Assembly: GCA_964106915.2 (NCBI GenBank)
Contig: OZ066916.1
Reading direction: 5' to 3' (one strand)
From: Podarcis gaigeae
Lineage: Eukaryota
DNA length: 64,000 nt
Shown: positions 36,921 to 49,693 of the stretch, one piece after another
Numbering within the stretch: position 1 is the stretch's first letter
Layout: each line of letters opens with the position of its first letter
Program-made: the position numbers and the translations under genes
The notes under the pieces: generated by a model
Told to the model about the DNA's origin: nothing
Seen by the model: the letters and a program-made list of their open reading frames with translations, nothing else
Databases searched by the model: none

Positions 36921-38040
36921 TACATTTTATATTCATTATTATACTTCAAATATTATATGAATATCATAAGTTTATGAGTATACTTATACCATAAGTATAT
37001 AATGTTTGATCGTATCAGTATTTTTAATTGATCTTTTATATTGTTTTATGCAAATCCTTAGAGGCTTTCATTGATTAACCAGGATTTAAATCCCATCAAA
37101 ATAAATTGAAAGGCAGACCCAGGCCTGCTTAGCTTCAATAAACAGATAGCTTTATGTGCCTTTAGAGCATACTCTGCATTAGTATAAGGGCACAAAAGAA
37201 GGAAGATGTATGCTACCCTCAGTTATTGGAAGGAAGGGTGTGTTATAAATGCAATAAATAATAACTGGATCAGTGATCCAGGTAGTCCACCATCTTGTTT
37301 CCAGCAATGGTCCACAAGCAAGGCGTTAAGTCAATGTTCTCCCCTGTCGTTTGTCCCCTGCACCTGCTATTCAGAGATGTTGTGTGTCTTGACATGAAGG
37401 TTTCACTCAGCCCACAGGCTGAGAGCTTTTGAAAGTAATAATTTCTGCTTCAGTATAGCTGTTCCAGGAACCAGCCGTGACTTCTAGGACTGGGCCTGGA
37501 GTCCATAAAAATGATTGCCGCTGATTATCCAAGAGGCAAATAAAAGCAATATGCACCCGATTCCCACCATTTCAGACATAAAAGCATGACAACATTCTTG
37601 TTTTCTGTGCGACTGGTCACTGGGCGTATTTCGATCTGCCTGGAGAAGTAAATTACCATTCCCGAACAGAATCGTTTCCGGGCATCCTGTTTTACATTTC
37701 TTTAATGCTTCATTACAAACAAAATCAATGTAGCGTGAATAAACAGGCAGGGGCTGTACCTCCCTTTGCTAGCTGCTGATACACATCTGTAGATGGCTTA
37801 GACTTTGATTAGAGTCAGCCCAACTGTAAGCTGTGACTTCTTTCATGGCAACGGCTGCCTGGAATTGCACGTGTATAATGTACTATAAAGGGGCCAAGCC
37901 GAAACTGGAAGTGATTGTAAGATATATCCCACATTGAAAAGTCCATGTGCTTGGGTTTTTCAAGGCTGCATATATGTTCGTATTTTTAATGAATTGTAGG
38001 GTGTGGTAAGATAAACCCTATTATATTGGCATTTGCAATA

Positions 38041-38282
38041 CAGTGGTACCTCGGGTTAAGTACTTAATTCGTTCCGGAGGTCCGTTCTTAACCTGAAACT
38101 GTCCTTAACCTGAAGCACCACTTTAGCTAATGGGGCCTCCTGCTGCCGCCGTGCTGCCGGAGCACGATTTCTGTTCTCATCCTGAAGCAAAGTTCTTAAC
38201 CTGAAGCACTATTTCTGGGTTAGCGGAGTCTGTAACCTGAAGTGTGTGTAACCTGAAGCATATGTAACCTGAGATACCACTG
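38041..38282. mobile_element. Tigger-like MITE
   Basis: Full TIRs with TA TSD. Confidence 0.93.
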
Positions 38283-39006
38283 TATAGGAAGCTAATATTG
38301 GAATCCCATGCACACTTACCTGGGAGGAAGTCTCATGGACTTAATGTGACATTTATTTATTTGTTTGTTTTATTTATACCATTTTCATACCACTTAATAT
38401 AGTAAAAACATCTCTAAGCAGTGTACAGAAAACTGAAGCAACACCAGACAACAAAACTATTACCAAAATATATGAATGTTACATGGATGCAAAGTTTCTA
38501 ATATATAAATATCTCCTTCTCAGCCTCCAGGTTCTCACCCCAGGTCCAAACACTCACAAAAGTCTCGCAACGAGAAGAGTTCCTGGAAACAGGGGACACC
38601 ATGCTAGTCTTATAATCTAGACTTGCTTTTTATGGGCAGGCACAAAGTGGATGGTAGTTCTTCAGACTGCCCACCTCACTCGGTTCCATGTACAGCAGCT
38701 AAACTCAAAAGTCAGTCAGTGAAGGACATTTTCAGTCTTTGGCAATCCCAATATGAACTGGCAACCTGCACCTCCGAGACCAAGCTGTGTTGAAGAAACC
38801 GTGTGCTGCAGACCTCTTAGCCAACATCAATGGACTATCTCAGATTTAACACTAATCAGGTCCTGAATTTAGATTGTAAACTTATTGGGACAGGACGTCT
38901 GTCATATTCCACGTGGACTGCACTTGATGTCCAGTGTGGGGTAAGACTTTGAGTGTTAAGACTACGAACTGAGAGATCAGGTTTCAAATCTGCAGTTGGA
39001 CATGAA

Positions 39007-39316
39007 TGGTGGCGTAGAGTTGCCAACACCCAGTGCCACATGGAGGGGGTGGGTGAGAGGGAAACAGATGAAGTACTCATGCGCATTCAACTGCCTAACA
39101 GCATCCGCATCACCCAGGAGATCGTAGTCACAGAGATAAGAAAAGAGTTGTTCTGTTGTCTGTAGTGGTTACTTCCTGGTTCGTATGGAGAAGCCATTTT
39201 CGACAGAGCACAGCAACAGATGCACGCAGCTGTAGTGAGGCAGCACCAGATGTTGAAATTTTGTGCCCCTAACAAATTTGTGCCTGGGGAAATTCCCACC
39301 CCACTCTACGCTACTG
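39007..39316. mobile_element. hAT-like element inserted in an old SINE
   Basis: Inverted ends TGGTGGCGTAGAGT / ACTCTACGCTACTG; SINE remnants at 38930-39006 and 39317-39430. Confidence 0.55.
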
Positions 39317-39681
39317 ACCATGGGTGACCTTCCCTGGGTGAAGCTCTTAGTCAGATAACATGGGGAAAAGGGGAACCCTGTGTGTCACCACGAGCAACTT
39401 GGACTCAATGTGGAATATAAATACAACAACAAAATTATATATCAGAAGTATGTAACCCCCAATCCGGGGCTTGATCTGCCCCAAAAGCAATTTGCTCTCT
39501 CCCCATTAGACTTTACTAACCCTGGCAAATAAAGAAAACAAATGGCATAGTATGCTTAGGTGGTCATAGAGATTTAAATTTCTCTGTCCAGCCCTGCGCC
39601 CTGATGTACATAATCCTGCTCATTCATCAGATTGATCACAGATGGAGCTCATGGTGTACTTGCTGAAATCCCCTCTATTAT

Positions 39682-40044
39682 GGGACGTGGGTGGCGATGT
39701 GGTCTAAATCACAGAGCCTAGGGCTTGCTGATTGGAAGGTCGGTGGTTCGAATCCCTGCGAAGGGATGAGCTCCTGTTGCTCGGTCCCTGCTCCTGCCAA
39801 CCAAGCAGTTTGAAAGCACGTCAAAGTGCAAGTAGATAAATAGGTACCACTCCGGCGGGAAGGTAAATGGTGTTTTCATGCACTGCTCTGGTTCGCCAGA
39901 AGCGGCTTAGTCATGCTGGCCACATGACCTGGAAAAACTGTCTGTGGACAAATGCCGGCTCCCTCAGCCTATAGAGCGAGATGAGCGCGCAACCCCAGAG
40001 TCGTCCACAACTGGACCTAATGGTCAGGGGTACCTTTACCTTTA
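39682..40044 (+). mobile_element. Sauria SINE (Squam1), full length
   Basis: tRNA head with GGTTCGAATCC, (ACCTTT)n tail, 11-bp TSD CCCCTCTATTA at 39670-39680 and 40045-40055. Confidence 0.95.
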
Positions 40045-41151
40045 CCCCTCTATTAAAGGTGTGAGTGTCCCATCCTCTTTTTGCATCTCACCGTCCTAAG
40101 GCAAAAGGATGGTGAAAGTTGAAGAACAAGCGGAGTGCTGAGAGAAACACTGCTCAGAATCTAATGCTTCTAGCTGAACAAATGAGACCAGTGTTCTGTT
40201 TGTTTATTAACCGCCCAAATGGCAGGCAGGGGTTTCGTTGTGCATGTGTGTGTCAAGATTGTTAAACAAAGGACGCAAACAAGGCGACACTTGCAACGGC
40301 CTCTTATATGGCCTTCTCCTGTTTGATCGAGACGTTTACCAACTCTTGCATTTAAATGGGTTAACAATTAACCCAAGACCAAACAATAGGAATGTTATTG
40401 GTGTAGCAAATTATGCCCAGTCCAAAAGAAGTAAGTCAGAGCTGGCAGCTCTTTGGGGGCGGGTGGTGAGTTTTGGAGAGACTGGGAAGTGATTGCCGTC
40501 AGCATACCAAGGCTATATAACACTGCTTCATATCATTGATAGGGTTCCAATAGAAAACCCAGACCTACCACCAATCCTAATGACAGATACTTTGCTAACA
40601 TGGAATATATTCAAGCAATACACTTCCTATTTCAGGGATGGGGAATCTATGGCCCTCCAGATGTGTTTGGACTACAAATCCCATCATCCTGAGCCATAGG
40701 ACATGCTGGCTGGGGCTGATAGGAACTGGAGCATCTGGAAGGCTACAGGCTCATCATCTCATTCATCCCTGCTATAAGGGTTGCTTGGTCCTTCATGAAA
40801 ATGATGGTTGGTAGAGCTTCTTGGCTTGGTCTCAGAGAACGAGCATGATAAAATGGGTGGAAATAGGATTTCACTGGAGCCCTTTTCTGATGACAGAGGC
40901 ATGGCCATGACAACCACAGGAAAACTAACAAAACTCTCACAATTTTCTGAGTTAATGGGGTTGCAATTTTTTCCTGGAAACAATTAACATGGATGGAGAT
41001 GAGCACTAGACTTCTGCTAGATTCCACTAGATCTCCAGAAGTGGCTTTTAAATCATGTGGAAGATCACATAAAAAGCAAAAATTATCAGATCAGGAAAGG
41101 TCAGGAAAACAGAATAAAGTCATGATAGCTACAGGTATTTAGAACATCTAG

Positions 41152-41335
41152 GGACTCAGCTACATTACTCACATTACACCACTATAACTGTGTTATAAAC
41201 ATGTGACACTAGATGGTACAGTAGAGCACAAAATTTTATCTAAACAATTTTACATAGAGTTTTTTTCTTTTGATATGACGATTTAGTTTATTACTTATTT
41301 ATAGCGTGTGTTTTTTCCTGTGTGTAGATCCAGCC
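41152..41335 (+). mobile_element. Harbinger-like MITE with degenerate CTCF motif
   Basis: Same ends as 7183-7344; flanks TAG/CAG. Confidence 0.65.
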
Positions 41336-41782
41336 CAGGTTGAGGGGCACATACCACTGAATATATCAGTGGCTGAGGAGCAACAGCAGGATGGGACCTT
41401 CAAGCCCCACTCTGCTATAGGGGTGAAGGGGAAATTATCTTATATTATCCAAACCAATACACAAACCCAAACACAGCTATGCTTTACAATTCACATTGTC
41501 AAAATGTGTGATATAGTTATCTCTGGGGGAAATTTGTGAAGGCTGATTTTGAGATGTATCCCTGTTTTCTTTGTTGTAAGCCATTTTGAGCCTTATTGTT
41601 TATGTGGAAGGATGGCATACAAATGAGGTGAATTATGGTTATTATTCTCCCACCCTTCACCCTAAGGTCCTAGAATTTGCCAAAGCAATGTAAATTAAGC
41701 ACAGTTCCAGAACAAATTACAATATATTGGGGGGGGGGTTGCTTGTTAAAATGTTTATATTGGGCAAACCAAAATAAGTATA

Positions 41783-42024
41783 CAGTGGTACCTCGGGTTA
41801 CATACACTTCAGGTTACATACGCTTCAGGTTACAGACTCCGCTAACCCAGAAATAATACTTCGGGTTAAGAACTTTGCTTCAGGATGAGAACAGAAATCG
41901 TGCGCCAGTGGCATGGCGGCAGCAGGAGGACCCATTAGCTAAAGTGGTGCTTCAGGTTAAGAACAGTTTCAGGTTCAGAACGGACCTCCAGAATGAATTA
42001 AGTACTTAACCCGAGGTACCACTG
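41783..42024. mobile_element. Tigger-like MITE
   Basis: Full TIRs with TA TSD. Confidence 0.93.
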
Positions 42025-42258
42025 TATTAGGAGCAATGCGCATGGAAAAAATGGGCAACTTTATCCAAACACGGAAAAAGAAATAGGGTGAAGTGAACAA
42101 CTGAGAGCAACCAGTGTTGGGAGAGATATTCTCCTCTACCTTACTAATGCATCTGGTTGTCCATCGTGGGAAATAGACACTGGATTGAATGCCCCGTTCA
42201 CCTGATCATTCATCTGGGCCCTCCTTAAGGGTTTACACTAACCAAGATGGAAAGATAC

Positions 42259-43018
42259 TGTCAGAGCCACCCGAGGTCCCAGCTCACAAGAGACCAAAAT
42301 CCAGTCCAAGTTATATACAAAAGGTTTTATTGAAGAACATTGTTGTCGTTACATCCAAGCTCCGTGGCTCAGCATCTGTTACCCTTAGATGATTGAAGTC
42401 CCCTCTGAGTCAGTCCCGCCCCTGCACCAGCTTAAGAGGCTTGTACTGCTCCACCTTTTCCTCTCCTTCCTTTTCCGCAGGGTCTTCCTGCCCCCCTGTG
42501 CTCCCTCCCTTCGGGACTCCCCCGAGGCTGAGTCTTCTGACGCCTGCTCCCCCCTCCTTCGTGCTTTGGGACCAGGCTCCTCCTCAGGGCTCTCCTCATT
42601 TCCGCGCGCCTCCACATTTGAACTTGGCGCGCGTACGTTGCCTCTGACCTTCCTTTCGACCGTTACGCTACTCTCGGTACTACACTCCTCCCCTTCCGGC
42701 AGGACATTCTGCTCCGAACTCCTTCCCCTCTCTGCTCCCTGTTCTGCTCCTTCTGACACACTGGTAACTCCACCCCCTTCACTCCGTTCCGACGGAGAGG
42801 CCGGTCCCGATCTCCAACCCCCACTGGGGATTCCCTCTTCGTTCTCCTGCTTCTGACTGCTTCCCTCTCTACTGCCCCTTGGCCTGACCAGGGGGGCTCC
42901 CTTTTGGGAATCCTCGGATTCACTTGACGGACTCACTGACAACCTCGGGTCATCGTCGTCCTCTTCCTCGTCACCCTGGGACCCCTCCCCCTCGCTCTCT
43001 GTCCCTGAAACCCTGACA
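42259..43018 (-). mobile_element. Young Gypsy-type solo LTR (760 bp) with an open reading frame
   Basis: TGTCAG...CTGACA termini; perfect 5-bp TSD GATAC; minus-strand AATAAA near 42326-42331; CpGs intact. Confidence 0.92.
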
Positions 43019-44696
43019 GATACTAACAAAAGAATAACATTCCTCCTGAGATCCAGTATCCTGCTTAAGTAAGAACACTGCCAGTGTGCTTTTATAAAAG
43101 TTCTGTTGAAAGCCTTCAAGTTCCAGCCTGGCTTTGGCATGAGAAGCAGTCTTTAAAGATTTTATTGATATTATTTTTACTGGGCTGGTTTGAAGTAATG
43201 GCATACCATTAAACTGGTACGGTCGGCACAGAAATATTTCACACAGCTGGAGGCTGTCAGTGCTGGGAATGGTGAATTAAGAGGCTGCAAACAAACAGTC
43301 CACTGGAAGCATTTGCAGGCGCCCTGGCGCAGGTCCAGATTTATTATTATGATTTCCCTGGCATGCCAGGAAGGAGGGCTCTGTTTCAGACCTTGGTTCT
43401 GATTCTGTTCCATTAACTGACCTTTCAGGTCTGCGTTTTTCACATGCGGTGCCTTAAAAACACCCATTAAGACATATATTTGAGGCTGCTTTCAACAGCA
43501 GCTATACTGTGCATTCCATTCCTTAAGCTTTATGGCAGAATCATCAAGCAGGCCTACTCCAGTACAAATCAGTCTTACTTACACAAACGTTGCAGAATTG
43601 TGCCTCCAAAGTCATTCCTTGGTTGGGGGCCTGTGCGGATTCAGCAACAAGAGACTCAGGAGCTACAAATGGTCAAATCTGACGGTTTCTGTTTCCCTCA
43701 GTTTCTTATTTTTTTCCAATCTTAGGCAGCATTCAGGCATGGGGTTTATTGGGTTCGTTTTACTGGTTACAATGCTAGCGCTTCTGTCCCAATCTGCAAC
43801 ATGCCTTTTAATTATTTGGGGTTTTTTATTATATTTCTTTTCACTTACATGTGTCAGAAAGCAGCTTACATACCATAAATAATAACATAGTAGAACACCA
43901 CAACCAAAACATAAATCATATATAATAATTAACAAATCATCAGTAATACAACCGCCTTCTATAAAACCTTCTATTAACAAAACAACTTAAAAAACAGGCT
44001 AACCACAAGAAAAGCCATATTATATAAAATCCACAAAGCATTACAGCAAATTTAATACACAAAACAACATTAACAGAAGAAAACTTCGTTACCTGTTGTG
44101 TTCTGGAACCGTGGCTTTTTGACTGATACCAGGATACCACATGAAAATTCATCCTAAGTGTGAGTTGTACGATCATGCAAACTCCTATGCTTTTCTGATT
44201 TGACTGGGTGGCAACTGGATTTTTTTCTGGAAAAAATTCACGTGGAAATAAATGCTAAACTTACACTAGATTTCCCTAGATTTTGAGAGGTGGATTTTAC
44301 GCCTTGTGAAAGATCGCCTAAAATTAGCAGGTAAGGATATATCAGGAAAACACAATGAAGTGCCCTCTGAATGCAGCCTGAAATTCATTTCTCCACATTT
44401 CTGCAGCAATTTTCAAATTTTTCTTTTAAAAAAATCCTCATGAGAGTTTGTCAGCATTTTAGGGTACATTACTCCTCTTTTGCATGCGGTTTTGACCAAT
44501 TTACACATTTTGCAAGCAATTTCCCCTAAGATTATGCATTTTGATGTGTTAAAACTCATTCAGATGTTATTGGACTCCAACTCCCATCACACATGAGTGT
44601 TGGCCAGGTTGACAGGGGCTGAGTCTAACAGCATCCTAGAGAGACATAAGCTTAACACTCCTGTTCTGTATCATGGAATGAAATGTCTTCAAATCT

Positions 44697-45560
44697 TTTG
44701 CGTGGACAGGTGGAGTCCCCAGATCCCGCGTGGTTCCCCCCCCCCCCCGTCATGTGGAATAATGACTCATGACAACGTGCTATGGGATTAAATTGGCCAC
44801 AACTTTATTAAATTTCAAATGTGGGTAGACCTTGGCTCAGGCATTGGGCGTTCTCCCTCCCCAGTCCCCAGACCTAGGGAGCATCAGGGTTATCCAGTGT
44901 GTGGGGGGGGGATGGGCCAGCTCTGGAGAACATATGTTCAAGCAGAGATAGCCGCCCCCGTTATGCCGCCGCCGGGGAGAGCAATGACGACCTTTCGGCG
45001 TACGGTCAAAGCCTTCCTTCAGAAACCCCTTTAATGGGGAATCCTGGTATCGCCGCCGCAAAGACGAAGATGGACTAAAGGATTCCGCCCAAGGCCTGAT
45101 ACCGCCAAAGTTGTGACGTTTTGCAAGGGAAAGGCGAAACCTGCCAATGCAGGGAAATTCCTTTCTGGCCCTTTAACAGCGACCTTAACGTAGCAGCGCC
45201 CGCATACCTGTGAAGAAAAGTTAACCTGCAAAACCTGTGAAGAAAAGTTAACCTGCAAATAAGACATTAACTGAGGGTGGGTAGGGTGGGAGAAGCTCTG
45301 GAGCCAAGTGAGGATTCCCAGGTAAGATCCTCCCTCTATTGTGTGGGCAGGTAATCCCTCCCCTACCTGGCCTGGTCTCCTTGGCAACGCTTCCCCCAGG
45401 TGGGATTGGACAACTGACTGAGGTAGGCGGAGACCTCCAGGTATACCACCTGAGGGAAGGCAAAGCCAAGCCTATGCTGTTGGAGCCGCTCCAGATCCAG
45501 GGGCTGCGCGCGTCCACGCAAAGGGTGCCCCCCGTTTTAAGCAGGGAGCGGTCATTCCAA
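44697..45560 (-). mobile_element. Ngaro/DIRS-like terminal repeat unit
   Basis: Reverse complement of AATAAAGTTGTGGCC at 44795-44809; CACGCAA end; 11-bp inverted repeat TTTGCGTGGAC / GTCCACGCAAA. Confidence 0.65.
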
Positions 45561-46079
45561 GATAACACTGCTTGTAAACTGGTACTTGGGCCAACCCAAG
45601 GAAAAGAAGTACTTCAAGAATCAAACCTTAGTTGAGGAGCAGAGCATGCTGGGACATGATGGCTGAAAAACCAAAACTATTTGTTCTTATGCTCCAACAG
45701 CGTGCCTCAATGTATTCATTAAAGTCTGGCAAACTTTCATATGGATGCACATGAAAAGGATGATTGTTGGCTCACTTGCTTGCAAGAAAGAGATTTGATG
45801 TTACACCCCAGACCTATTTCATCAGATCAATATGTACCATATTGCATGGCAAAAGTAAAACAACTTGATTTTGGAAATATATTGATAATAGTGGTACAAC
45901 TTATTGATTGTCTAGGAAGTGAACCAAGTCATTCTCACCCCTGCCATTTAAAGATGACATAATGAAGTATCGGGCGTCTTAATTATAGAGATGCTTTCTA
46001 TGGCATTTTGTTTAGCATGGATGCTTTGAAAAGTGTCACCAAAAAATATGAATGGGGAAAATTTGGCTGACTTTCCATT

Positions 46080-46416
46080 TTATTGATTAATTAATTAACC
46101 TGCTCTTCCTCCCAAAGGAGCTCAAGGAGGCACACAACAAAGTAGTAAAACAACACAATTAAATTTTTAATTCTAAAAAACTTATTTAACACAAGCATTT
46201 AAAAACAGTCACATGTTCTCACAGCTAATAATTTAAAACTTTGGCCCTCAAATGCCTGGGTGAACAGCAATTTGTTTAAATACCTCCAGAATGTTAACAA
46301 TAATGGAGACAGATTCATCTCAGCTGGGAGGGCCTTCCACAAATGAGGAGCCATCACTGTAAAGGCCTTGCCGTGGATGAATGCCAACCGGGCCTCACCC
46401 AACAGTGGTACCATCA
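46080..46416 (-). mobile_element. L2 LINE 3' end
   Basis: Translation KAFTVMAPHLWKALPAEM...LFTQAF plus an L2 tail. Confidence 0.8.
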
Positions 46417-47399
46417 CTTACCAATTCTAACTTCCCAAAACAATTCGTGAACCAAAGTGCAGCTATACACTGAAATTCACATTTTTCTGAATTTTCTGAT
46501 GCAGCTCTCAAACAAACAAAAAGTTTGCATATGCATATATTAGGAGAAATAGTCCACTAAAAATCATATATTGGTGAAAATAAATACTGGGGAAAGGGGC
46601 TTTCAAAATCTATATTAGACAAAATTGTTACAAAAAAAGTGTGCATATTAAAAGAAACAATCACTAAAATGATGGAAACTCTTTATGATATCTCTAGACA
46701 AAAGATTGGAAAAATAAGTAACTGAGAGAAACTGAGGTTGCCCATCCCTACCCAGAAACATAAAAGGGAGAACAATAGTTGACACTGAAGAAGCAAGCCA
46801 CTGTGCAAGTTGAGTCTTGTAGTTTTTTTACCACATGCTGCTAAAATAAGCACTTCTGAGTGCAGTTTAAGTACCGATTTCTATTTCTACCGCATTCTCT
46901 TGTCTTGCAGCTCTTTCCTCTCAACCTGTTCAGGAAAAACGCTTTCATTAATTATTGTTTTCAACTGAAGGCTAATTTACAAATTGTGAATGATCAGATT
47001 TTTTTTTTTACCCTTAGAAAAAAACCCGCCCTTTGTTCACTCTTGTTTGCTTCCTGCTTACTATTTATAGCTGACCCGAGCCAGATTCATTTAATGTTCT
47101 AGCACATAGCAATTCTGTGTGTTTTGTCTGGGTTTCCTCTGCTTTCAACAAGAAGAATTCTGACTTCATTTAGAGTCACTTCTTGTGAAAGTCAGGCTTT
47201 CCTTTTATTTGCGGTGCCATGGACTTGGGCAGAAGAGGAAGGGCATGCAGGACACACCCCAGAATGTGTCCACCAGACAAAGAATTGGTGCCCTTTGCTC
47301 TGCATTGAGCATGCAACATTCCTGCCCTCAGACTTGATGTCCCAGTGACATCAAAGTCTCTCTTGCTCTAATGTAAGAAGAGCCTGCTGGATCAGGCCA

Positions 47400-48037
47400 T
47401 GTCAGGGACACGCCCAGCAGAGAGGAATTGGCTGCACCAGAAGAAGAAGAAGAAGAAGAAGAAGAAGAAGAAGAAGAAGAAGAAGAAGAAGAAGAAGAGT
47501 AGTAGTAGTAGTAGTAGTAGTTTGGATTTGATTTCCCGCTTTATCACTACCCGAAGGAGTCTTAAAGCATCTAACATTCTCCTTTCCCTTCCTCCCCCAC
47601 AACAAACACTCTGTGAGGTGAGTGAGGCTGAGAGACTTCAGAGAAGGGTGACTGGCCCTAGGTCACCCAGCAACTGCATGTGGAGGAGCAGAGACGCGAA
47701 CCCAGTTCACCAGATTACGAGTCTACCGCTCTTAACCACTACACCACACCTGAGTCTCCAACTTTAGAGGAGGAGGAATTGGCTGCACCTGAGTCGCCAA
47801 GAAGTAGGAGGCAGAGCAAGCGATTAGAGCAGAGGCGGTCCAGCAGGAGGCGGGGAAGGATGTGGCGTATATCTGGCCTTGGGAGAGGTCAGAAGCCAGT
47901 CAAGTCAACTGACTCTGACGGTGAAGGATGTGTTGTGGAAACTTGGACTGCTGTAAACCTGATATTGAGAAATAAACCTCAGCTACTTAAACTGCCAGCA
48001 TTCCATGTCTTGTGTGGGAGAAGCGCTAAACCTGACA
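47400..48037 (+). mobile_element. Gypsy-type solo LTR containing a Squam3 insertion
   Basis: TGTCAGG...CCTGACA termini; perfect 5-bp TSD GGCCA; AATAAA near 47970. Confidence 0.9.
47439..47749 (-). mobile_element. Squam3-type SINE with expanded (ACT)n(CTT)n tail
   Basis: Reverse complement of the family at 3868-4125. Confidence 0.9.
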
Positions 48038-48199
48038 GGCCAGTGGCTCATCTTGTCCAGCATCCTGTTCTCACAGTGGCCACCAGGATACCTGTGGGAA
48101 AACCTCAAGAAGGACCCAAGCAGAAAAGCTCTGTCCTCTCCAATGGTTTCTAATAACTGGTATTCATAAGCCAGGCATTCGATGGCTGAAATTCCTGTT

Positions 48200-48616
48200 T
48201 CTAAGATGGAAACAAGAAAAGGTCCCTGCCAGAGAAGAATGGTAGATTAAGTTGGTGGACTATGCTGAAATGGCAAAAATGACCGGAAGAATCAGAAATC
48301 AGGAAGACCAAAATTTTAATAAGGAATGGGGAAAATTTATAATCTATTTTAGAAATCATTGTAAACAGCTAAAATCGTTAGTGAGATTGGAAGGACACTT
48401 GAGGTTTAATGGTGAATTTTGGACATCATGGAAATGCAAAAGATTTGGATTATTATAAAAGATGCAGGAGGAAAGGACTAACAATAGGACCCACAAAGGG
48501 GAAGAGGGAAGTCCAGAAAGATTATGTGGAATCTTGCTTCTATATTGTATGTTGATATTTTATTATAAAATTTTAATTTGAAAAACCCAAATAAATAAAT
48601 TTACCAGAAGAGAAGA
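48200..48616 (+). mobile_element. L1 3' fragment
   Basis: ORF2 end DYAEMAKMTGRIRNQEDQNFNKEWGKF; 12-bp TSD GAAATTCCTGTT. Confidence 0.9.
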
Positions 48617-49286
48617 GAAATTCCTGTTCCTGGCAACCCTGAAGTTATTTCTTTGAGAGTAGGTAATTCGTTTGAGAGTAGGTGATTGCTTTCAGGAGTT
48701 CCTAATTGTTTTTAGAAGGTGTTATTCTTAAACTATTTTTAGAAGGTGGTTTTTAACTGTTTTCAGAAGTTTTAATTGTATCATCTTAATATTGTGTTTA
48801 CTGCCCTGGGCTCCTTTGGAGGGAGGAGATATAAATTTAATAAATGAATGACTACACCAGCTGATGGAACTGTACCACAGGGTCGAAGGGACAATTCCTG
48901 TCCTAACCAGAATTCAGCTGGAGGCAGCAGTGGAAGCAAGGAGTCCCTCTAGCCCCCAGTCCCCGAATCATCAAGTGAGCACCACCATCCTCTTGTCTTT
49001 CTCATTGCACTCAGTGTCAGTTAGTTATTTTTCACTGCTTCTGTTGATACGGGTTGCTCCAAGGCTAAGAACTATGGCACGCGCCCTCCCCCAACAAGTA
49101 GGAGATACATCTCCAGGCCAACAAAAATGCACCGTCAAGAAGATATTCTTTGTTTGCAATCTTTGATTCTTCTGTAAATTTAGAACTTTCACGATCAAAA
49201 CATGCAGAGAAAAGGGAGATAGTAAAAGAAGGGGGCACAGCAATTCCATATGCTCATGTGACAAGTCTAGATGCAGATTTAGAAAT

Positions 49287-49693
49287 TGTTGTTGTTGTTT
49301 AGTCATTTAGTCGTGTCCGACTCTTCATGACCCCATGGACCAGAGCACGCCAGGCACTCCTGTCTTCCACTGCCTCCCGCAGTTTGGTCAAACTCATGCT
49401 GGTTGCTTCGAGAACACTGTCCAACCATCTCATCCTCTGTCATCCCCTTCTCCTTGTGCCCTCCATCTTTCCCAACATCAGGGTCTTTTCCAGGGAGTCT
49501 TCTCTTCTCACGAGGTGGCCAAAGTATTGGAGTCTCAGCTTCAGGATCTGTCCTTCAGGGCTGATTTCCTTAAGAATGAATAGGTTTGATCTTCTTGCAG
49601 TCCATGGGACTCTCAAGAGTCTCCTCCAGCACCATAATTCAAAAGCATCAATTCTTCAGTGATCAGCCTTCTTTACGGTCCAGCTCTCACTTC
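49287..49693 (-). mobile_element. BovB (RTE) LINE 3' fragment
   Basis: (CAA)n tail, GAAGAGTCGGACACGACT end motif, 13-bp TSD CAGATTTAGAAAT. Confidence 0.95.

Larger units (their letters stand above)
47370..48170 (-). mobile_element. CR1 3' tail split by a solo LTR
   Basis: AAGAAGAGCCTGCTGGATCAGGCCA continues as GTGGCTCATCTTGTCCAGCATCCTGTTCTCACAGTGGCC after the LTR. Confidence 0.8.

Noticed and set aside
42385-43140. 251-aa ORF as a host gene
   Set aside because: The ATG and first ~40 codons lie in flanking DNA outside the TSD; only the LTR part looks meaningful (see finding).
43583-43662. Minus-strand 80-nt exon candidate with GTAAGT donor
   Set aside because: Weak polypyrimidine tract, unrecognised peptide and no partner exons.
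47392-47767. Poly-K/F/L/S ORFs (also poly-R at 30804 and LVGW repeats at 59780)
   Set aside because: These are translations of microsatellites.
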